A stretch of DNA of 64,000 nucleotides from Prorocentrum cordatum. Its lineage: Eukaryota. Location of the stretch: the NCBI GenBank assembly GCA_963575745.1, contig CAUYUJ010000064.1, forward strand, positions 1 to 64,000. Reading direction: 5' to 3'. How positions within the stretch are numbered: position 1 is the stretch's first letter; each line of letters starts with the position of its first letter. Positions 52,101 to 61,243 of this stretch are shown in pieces. The notes beneath the pieces were generated by a model. It was not told the DNA's origin, searched no databases, and saw only the letters and a program-made list of their open reading frames with translations. A program made the translations under genes and the position numbers.

Positions 52101-55100
52101 GGCCGGAAGAGGACGAGGGCGCCGAACGGGTAGATGACGAAGGGAGCTGGCTCCCCAAAGCGGCGTTGCCACCGAGTGAGGCCGGCCTTGTTCTTGACGC
52201 TGCCGTTGTAGTTTGCCGCCCAGTGCCGCTCGGCGAGAGGCCACCAGCGCTCGCTGAGGCCGGACTGGTGGAGGGAACATCGCGCGCCCTCGATCGCCAC
52301 CCGATTCATGCGCTCGATCTTGCCGTTGGCTTCAGCCCGGCGCGGTGTCGATTGATAATGCGCGAGTGGGCGCTTGCTGCGCACCACCCGCGCTGCTGCC
52401 CTGAACTCGGGCGCAGAGTCGGTCCACCACCTCCGAATCTTCGGCGGGACGGAGTCGAAGGAGCCCACGCTGTTGAGCACTGTATCGGTGTCCCGGCGGC
52501 GCGCCGGGTACGGCGAGAAGAACTCCGTGGACTCGTCCAGGATGTGCAGGCTGTAGGGCGATGCCTTCCTCGCCTCAGATCCGCGCTCCATTTCGATGTG
52601 GTCCATGTGCACAAGGGCCCCGAAGGACTCGACGGAAGCGTCCGGTGCATGAAGCTCCACAGCTGGAGTGGGGCGGCGCGAGCTGCGGCTCTTCGCCGTC
52701 TTCCCGAAGTCGCACCCCGCGCAGACGCCGGGCGGGCATTTCGGCAGGTGCGTGGCCAGGTGGAGGATGGACTGCGGGTCGTTATGGATCGATGCGTCGA
52801 TCACCACGTCGTCCTCGCAGACACCGCACTTCAGCGGGATCCCGTCCCAGTCAATCTCCGCGTCGTGCTCGGTCGGATCGCCCTCGAGCACGCGTTCGAA
52901 GTCTTGCAGCGCCTTGTCTGGGCCACCAGCGCTGGCAGCAGGCGCAATTGTCGAGGGCGGCGCTGGCGGCGCCTCCCCAGGATCGGCAGCGGCATCCAAG
53001 GCAACAACATTGGCTGAGGCCTGCTGGTCGGAGTGCGCACTGAGGGGCCCCCCTGCGGGAGGGGCCACATGGTCGGCCGCTGCGGCGGCCTGGGCTGCGG
53101 CGTGGGTTGCCCCATTCGCCGCTCCAGCGACCTCCGCTGCGGCGGGGGCTGCGTGGTCAGCCTCTGCGGAGGCCATGGCAGGCATGCATCGCACCTGTCG
53201 GCGAGCGCCGGCCGGCTGGCTGGGGCGGCTGCCCGCCACCATCGGGACGAAGTTCTCCACGCGGACGTCGACCTGCGAGCCCTCAGGCGCGTAGAACTCG
53301 GGCTTGTCAGCGAACGGCTCCCACACGAAGCGGTAGCCATGCTGGGCGCAGCGGCGCCCGAGCGAGAGCGCCGGAATGGTATCTGGCAGCTCGATGGCCT
53401 CGGCATCCTCGTTCAGCGCCTCCAGGCCCACAGTCACGGTGGTCTCGGGCGCGATCACGCCGTTCGCCGTGCTCAGGAAGCAAAGGTCGTCGCGCTGGCG
53501 GCGGACGCCTTGGGTCCCTACGGGGACCAGGTCATTGCCAGTGCCGGAGTCCAAAGCGAACTCGTCAAGGTCGTCGCTGGGGCCACCAGTGGCCGGGGCG
53601 GCGCGGCAGACGGCGCCCGGCACTTTGGCCTTGCCAGGGCCAACGTGCTTGAACGCGCAGTTCTCGCCGTTGGTGCACTCGCCCTTGGGCCAGAAGCGGC
53701 ACGCTGGCCGGTCATCTGGCTTGGCCGCGGCAGCGGCGGGGGAGGTGGCGGCGGCCGCCGCTTTCGCCTTCGCCTGCGCCTTGGCCTTAGCCTTAGCTTT
53801 GGCTGCGGCCTCAGCTTTGGCCTTGGCCTTGGCTTTCGCCGCGGCGGCACCTGGCGCAGAGGCGGCCCCGACGTGCTCGAACTTGCAATTCGCACCGAAG
53901 CGGCACGAACCATCCCGAGCAAACATCTGGCAGATCTCACCGGAGCGGACCTGCGGCGTCGCTTGCGCCTTGGCCTTCGCAGCAGCGGTGGCTGCGGCTG
54001 CGGCTGCGGCGGCCTTGGCGGGGGCGGCCTTCTGAGGCAGCTTCATCAAGTCGTCCCGCACTTGCCCGCGCTGACGCCGCACGATCTCCCGCCGCGCGGC
54101 GTTGTAGAGGAAGGCGGAGGTGCGGGTCGCGGTGCCCTCCTCGGCGGCATCATAGGTCACGAAAGCGGGCTCCAACCCCTTGCACTTCCGGAGCTGGCAC
54201 TCGAGGAGCGAGCACAGCATGTCTTCGTCCGGCACCTTGGCCAAGGCCATCAAGGCGTAGTCCCAGGCATTCAAGAAGCCCTCGAGGTCCCCTCCGAACC
54301 GGAGGCCCACCAAGGTGGTGAGGTCGACGCTCATCGCCTGGCCGCGCTCGATTGTGTACCTGTAATACACCATGTACAGCGCGCAGCGGCCGGAGAGCGG
54401 CAAGCCCATCCTCGACCGCTCCTCGCGGTAGATCAGCAGCTCACGCTTCAAGTTGCTGTTGGCGATGGCCAAGACGGCCTCGGCGAGCGCGGAGTCGAGA
54501 TCGTCCCACCTCTTCTGCTTCTCCGCCAACGCCTCGAGCTCCGAGATGTCGTTGACGGTCTCGATGCGCTGCATCCACCGCATTGTGCGGCGCTTGCTGC
54601 GCTTGCTCGCTGCGTTCACCTTCACGTAGGTGTCCTGCACCCACTCCCGAAAGCCCACGGCAGAGGGCAGCGGGTCCAATGTCAAGGACTTCACCGCTCC
54701 CTTCCGCCGGCGGATGTCGTCCTCAGTCGAACTCGACGAGCTCGAGGGTGACCTCTTACTCTTTCTGCTCTTCCGGCTGCGGCGCGCGCCGGAGGCCCCA
54801 GGCGTGCTAGGCGACGAGTCGTCGCCGCCAGCGCCGCCGTCACCGCCAGGGCGGCGAGGGCCCCGAAGCCCAGGAGGGAGGTCAGGCTGAGCTGCGGGGG
54901 CCTGCGCTGCGGACGGGCGCTGCTGCAACTGGGTCGGGAGCCTCTGGACTGGCTCGGACCGCACGCTGCCACCGGCGCCAAGGCGGTCTGGCGGGCCGCC
55001 TCCGCCGGGGGCGCCAGCGGCCGCGATGTGAGCCCTCATGGTGACCCCGGCCCCATGGCCAGGGAGCACGCCGCGATTCGGGCCAGGGCGCGGCTGCGCG

Positions 55101-58100
55101 TGCGGCGCTGGCGCCGGCTCGGACGCGGCCGCCGCGCCCGGCTGTGGCGCGGCCAACGGCCGCGAGGGCGTGGCCATGTGGAAGTGCTGCGGCTGCGTGA
55201 GGACGCCGTCCGCAGAGACGAAACGCCCTGTCAGGCGGTCAGGCTGCGGTTGCAGCGGCGGCGGAGGAGGCTGGGAGAGCACTGGATCGTGCTGCGGCGG
55301 CTGCACCCGCCGCTCCTCGGCCACCGATGCGATGTGTTTCCAATTCTCGACCTCCTGCTCGAGGATGTCAACACGCTGCTGCAGCGCGGTCTGCACCTCA
55401 AGCTGCTCGCCGCGCTGCGCCTCAGCCGTGGCTGCGAGGTCATTGGCCCATTGCTGGGCTCGGTCTCTGAATGCATGCACGCGCTGCTCGGACTCGGTGA
55501 GCCGAGAATGGAGCACCGTGACCTGCGCCTCCAGCCCTGCCGCGCGGTCGGCCCGGAGTTTCGTCTGCTCCTGCTGGGCCTCCAGATTGGCAATCTGGGC
55601 TTCGTATTGGCGAAGCTGCAGCCTTGTGCGGCCCTCGAAGCCGACGAACGCCTGCTGTGTGGAGGACTCGAGCTGCGCCGCTGCGGCGGCGCGCTGCTGA
55701 GCCTCAGCGGCCTGCGCCTGCGACTGCTGCTCTGCCCTGGAAGCCGCGGCCTCCAGTTCGCCCGCGGCGGCCAGGCGCGAGGAAGCCGTGGAGACCACTG
55801 CGCTGAGCTCCACGCGCTGCGCCTCGAGGTTCCGGAGCGCCTGAGCATGGATCGCATCGCACTCCTCGCGGCGCCTTTGGTCAGCAGCGGCGTATGCAGC
55901 AGACTCCGCGGCCAGGATGCCGGCAAGCTGCTGGCGGTCCGTCGCCGCCATCTGCTGCTCTGCCGCACGGAGCTCGCGCGAGCTCACCGCAAGTCTCTCG
56001 TGGCACTCGTGTTGGGCCGCGGCTGTCGCCTCGTCCAACCGGCGCTGCATGAGCCCGCGCTCGGACCGGAGGTCTGCGTGAGCCTGGGCGCTGAGAGCCT
56101 CCGTGCGTTCCAGAAGAGCCACCTCCAGACGCTCAGTCAACGCTGTTTCTTTCGCCTGGAACTCAGACTCGAGGATCGCCGTCTGGGTCTCGAGCGCCGC
56201 ATGCTGGTCAATGATGCGGCTGAGCTCGCCGGTGAGGTCGAGCCCTACAGCGCTGGGTTCCTCATCATCCGCGCCAGCGTACAGCAGCGTGCGGCTGCGG
56301 TCCGCCCGCGACGCATCAGCGACGGGCACAGCGGCCGAAGGCGTAGGCGCGGCCTGCGACGAGGCACCGCGACCGGATCTGCCTTCCACACCGCGGCCGC
56401 GGAAGGGCAAGACAGGCCGATGCGCCGGCCGCGGGCGAGGCGGCGGCATGCCGGCCGCAGCCTCCGCGAAAACTGCGGGGAGCACCAGGCCGAGGTCCTC
56501 GTCCGCAGCATCGGCGAGCGGGATCATCTCGCCAAGGTTGTTGGGATTTCTAGTCGCCATGGTCTCAAAGAGCTTTCGGCTGATAACCTGTTGATAGCGG
56601 TTTAGTCTATCTCTCTGTCTGCTGAGGGTGTGGAGGGGGAGCAGACGCTGAGTTCGTCCTCCTCCTCTGGCAGTGCTGGAATCCCGGCCAGGCGGTATCC
56701 CTCCTCAAGGGTGTACCCCAGGCTGAGTCGACGCAGGAAGCGAGTCAGGTGAATCGCCTCCCGAACAGGGATCGTGAGGGGGGCCCTCCGGCGCCACGGA
56801 TGCACCAGGCCCGGCCGCGCCGCCACCAGCAAGGCACGCACGGAGGCAAGGAAGCGAGCACGGGCACGACGCGTTGCCGCAGCTGTGCCAATGCTCCTAT
56901 TGCCCCGGGGCGTACTTTTGTTTTTCTGGCGCGCGCCCATGGTTCTTGAGCCAAACGGGTACGGACCCTCATCCGTCCCGCGGCTTGCCAACCGAACGAC
57001 TGGCAAATGCAGCTCCTAGGCTCAGCTGTGTGGCTGCTGGCCCTCCCAGACGCGTCACCGCAGCCGGGGAGGGCCAACTAATGACTATGTTGTCCCGGCC
57101 GCGTGGCCGATGAACGTTTGGAGGGCCAGGTTTGGCCCAGGAGTTTCGGCCACGCTCGCAGGACACGGTTTGTGCCCGCGGAGACAATAAATCGCACCCG
57201 GAGTAAGCTTAACAGACGTGATTCACAGGAGCTAACCTACACGTGCTTCTACCACAAAGTTAAATCTTACAAGTGCAACTCGCGAAGCGAGCTTGAATAT
57301 ATACTATAAGTTGTGGAGAACAGAATGACAAATTGCCCCCAGAATGCTCTCGGCAAGTTCGCGCTGCAGTGAGCCGGCGTGCCGGCAACTTGTCGCACCA
57401 GCCTTTACACTGCTCGCACCAGCTCTCTGCTCGCACCGGCAACTTCTCTTCTCGCACGGGCATCGCTTCTTCTCGCACGGGCATCTCTTTGGCAGCCACG
57501 GAAGCGCTCACTGATAGCCACAGGCATGGCGTCTGAGGAAAATGAGAAGTATACCCCCGAAGTGGCGACACGCCGGCGTCCACCCAGCTAGCGTGGACAT
57601 TAGAAGTATACAAATAATCATTACACGAAAATGCAATGCCGCGGGACCCTGCGAAAAACGACCCCTTTTGGCTGAAATGGGTCGTTTTCTCCGGCGGCAC
57701 ACATTCGTGAGGCGTGACCCCAAGGCGGCCCATCCCCGAGACATTAGCTAACAAAGGCGTGATAAACTTGGCATGTTACATACGTGGCGAAGGCGGATAC
57801 TCGGGAAAAATACAAGGACGTGTGGCAGTTTTTCCACACTAGATCATTACTGTGCCCGCACTCTCATGATCAGCATCAACATCAGCAGCAGCAGCATAAT
57901 CACCATCACCACCACCATCAGCATCAGCATCAGCATCTGCATCAGCATCAGCATCATCATCATAATCCTCCTCATCAGCAGCATCATCATTATTCTCATG
58001 AGCATCAGCATTATAATCATCATCTGCAGCATCATCATCATGATCAGACGCAGCAGCACCAGCAACAAGAGCATCATCAACAACAACATCATTATCAGCA

Positions 58101-58338
58101 GCATCATCATCCTAATCACCAGCAGCAGTAGCATCCACATCCGCATCAGCATCAGCATCATCATCATCATCAGCATCATCAGCATCATCATCATCATCAT
58201 CATCACCATCATCACCATCATCCGCATCATCTGCAGCATCATCACAGTCGTCATCAGCATCATCATCAGCATCATCAGCAGCATCATCAGCAGCATCAGC
58301 ATCAGCATCCTCGTCACCATCATCATGATCATGATCGT

Positions 58339-58383
<45 letters not shown>

Positions 58384-58449
58384 TATCATCATCATCATAG
58401 TCATCACCATCGCCATTAACATCACCATCATCAACATCACCATCATCAG

Positions 58450-58491
<42 letters not shown>

Positions 58492-59317
58492 TAGCAGCAT
58501 GGTCATCATTATCATCAGCAGCATCATCATAGTCATCATCAGCACCAGCCTCATCATCATCAGCATCATCATCGTATCCATGGTCGTCATCGTCAAAATC
58601 ATCAGCCTGATTAACCACATCACTATCATCGTCATCATCGGCATCAGCATCGTCATCACTATCATCATCATCAACAACAGCATCATCATCAACATCGCCA
58701 TCATCGACAACATCATCATCATCATTACCAGCATTGCCGTCGTCACCACCATCATCATCAGAATCATCCTCATCACTAGCAGCAATTTCTTCGTCATCAG
58801 CTTCCGCCTCCACCTCCTCGTGTGTCCAATGGATGCACACGGCTCTCTGCAACTTCATGAACGGGATTGTCGATTGTCCGCGCTACCTTGACTTTGGTAG
58901 CCGTTGGCCCGCCCTGTGCACATGATCCAACTGTCCTCCAAACTATGGCTCTTCACCTGTCCAGGCCTTCACGCCTGCACAGGTAATCCGGAAGGGAGAG
59001 GCCATCATGACGCCCCTCACAGCCCCCAAGAGATCCCCGACAAATACCGAATAGGACGCCAAGACTGCCACAGCCAATGTAGACACGTGGATAGAGCGGG
59101 CGCGCAACATGAACACACAACTGAGCTCGGTGCTAGCACTCGGACGCCACCAAGCGAAGCGCGGTGGTGGACAGGCGTGGCAGCACAACATGATGATCCT
59201 CACCGCCCATATCCCCCTCCCCGTGATCTCTCTTCTCCCCCATCTCCTCGTGCTCATGCTGCTTCTCATCCCCCTCCTTCTTCATATCCGCCCTCCTTCT
59301 GCTCCACATCATCCCCC

Positions 59318-59366
<49 letters not shown>

Positions 59367-59630
59367 AATCATCATCAGCAGCAGCAGCATTATCATCCTC
59401 ATCATAGTCATCAGCATCATCATCATCGGCATCATCATCAGCAGCAGCAGCAGCCTCAGCAGCAGCATCATCATCGTCATCAACATCCGCATCCTCGTCA
59501 TCATCATAATCATCAGCATCATCAGCAGCGTCATCATCATCATCGTCATCAGCATTATTATCATCACCCCCATCATCATCATAATAAGCATCATCGTCGC
59601 CATCATCATCAGTACCATCAGCATCATCAT

Positions 59631-59671
<41 letters not shown>

Positions 59672-60063
59672 GCAGCATCGTCATCATCGCCATGGTCATC
59701 ATCAGCAGCAGCAGCACCATCACCATCACCACCAGCATCACCAGCACCATCACCATCATCATTATCATCATCACCATCATCATGCAGCAGCAGCATCGTC
59801 ATCATCATCGTCATCGTCATCCTCGTCACCATCAGCATCATCAGTATCATCATCCTCGTCATCCGCACCACCTTCATCATCGTCATCATCATCATCATCA
59901 CCAGCATCAGCAACAGCATCATCATCAGCAACCTCATCATCAGCATCATCGTCATCATCGTCATCATCATCATCATAATCCTAATCATCAGCAGCAGCAG
60001 CAATAGCAGCAGCAGCAACATCCCCGCCAACATCGTCATTATCACCACCACCAGCACCACCAC

Positions 60064-60118
<55 letters not shown>

Positions 60119-60272
60119 AGCAGAATCATCATACGAATCATCAACCCTATTCCCACTCTCCTCCGCCACCTCCTCCCTCCTCCTCCTCCCTCCTCCTCGT
60201 CCTCCCTCTCCTCGTCCTCCTCCTCCTCCCTCACTTCTTCCTCTTCCTCCTCCTCCTCCTCCTCCTCATCAG

Positions 60273-60342
<70 letters not shown>

Positions 60343-60563
60343 GTCAGCATCAGCATCATCATCATGATCAGCATCAGCATCAGCAGCAGCATCATCATCA
60401 GCAGCATCATCAGCAGCATCAGCATCAGCATCAGCATCATCATCATCATCAGCATCATCATCAGCATCATCATCATCATCGGCATCATCATCATCATCAT
60501 CATCATCCTCATCAGCAGCATCATCATCAGCATCAGCATCATCATCACCATCATCACCATCAC

Positions 60564-60623
<60 letters not shown>

Positions 60624-61184
60624 CCTCTCGTCTTCCTCTTCATCCTCATCCTCCTCGTCCTCCTCCTCCTCCTCCTCCTCCTGCTCCTCCTCCTCCTCCT
60701 CCTCCTCCTCCCCCTCCTCCTCCTAATTCTCCTCCTCCTCCCTCTCCTCCTCCTCTCCCTCCTCCTCCTCCTCCTCCTCCCCCCTCCCCCTCCTCCTCCT
60801 CCTCTCATCCTCCTCCTCCTGTTCCTCCCTCATCCTCCTCCTCTTCCTCTTCCTCGTCCTCCTCCCTCCGCCGCCTCCTCCTCCTCCTCCTCTTCCTCTT
60901 CTCCTCCCTCCTCCTTCCTCCTCCTCCTCCTCCTCCTCCTCCTCTCCTCCTCCGCCTCCTCCTCATCATCATCACATCATCACCCTCCTCATCCTCCTCC
61001 TCCCCTCCTTCTCCTCCACCTCCTCCTCCTCCTCCTCCTCCTCCATCCCTTCCTCCTCCTCCTCCTCTCCTCCTCCTCCTCCCCCTCCTCCCTCTCCTCC
61101 TCCTCCCCCTCCTCGTCCTCCCTCTCCTCGTCCTCCCTCCTCCTCCTCCTCCGCCTCCTCCCCCTCATCATCATCATTTTCATT

Positions 61185-61243
<59 letters not shown>

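Larger units (their letters stand above)
47212..57838 (-). mobile_element. Full-length, recent Ty1/Copia LTR retrotransposon (10.6 kb)
   Basis: Two 1250-bp LTRs reading TG...CA. CTAGAT flanks both ends (47206-47211, 57839-57844). A single intact 2681-aa ORF has PR-IN-RT-RH order. PBS and PPT are present. Confidence 0.97.
56589..57838 (-). repeat. Copia 5' LTR
   Basis: Minus strand TGTGGAAAAAC...CTATCAACA; near-identical to 47212-48461 (one substitution noticed, 57488 vs 48111). Confidence 0.97.
40299..57870 (-). mobile_element. Decayed tyrosine-recombinase retrotransposon (DIRS/Ngaro/PAT-like, split direct repeats) carrying a C5-DNMT; interrupted by the Copia
   Basis: Gag-like, RT/RH, YR and DNMT remnants lie in order on the minus strand. 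Repeats: A1 (47147-47211 + 57845-57870), B1 (40524-40643), A2 (40439-40529), B2 (40299-40418). CATGAT occurs at both termini and at the B1/A2 junction. Confidence 0.88.

Noticed and set aside
49214..56605. Long plus-strand ORFs (386, 429, 572, 525 aa) over the Copia
   Set aside because: They are antisense shadows of a GC-rich coding strand and have no motifs.
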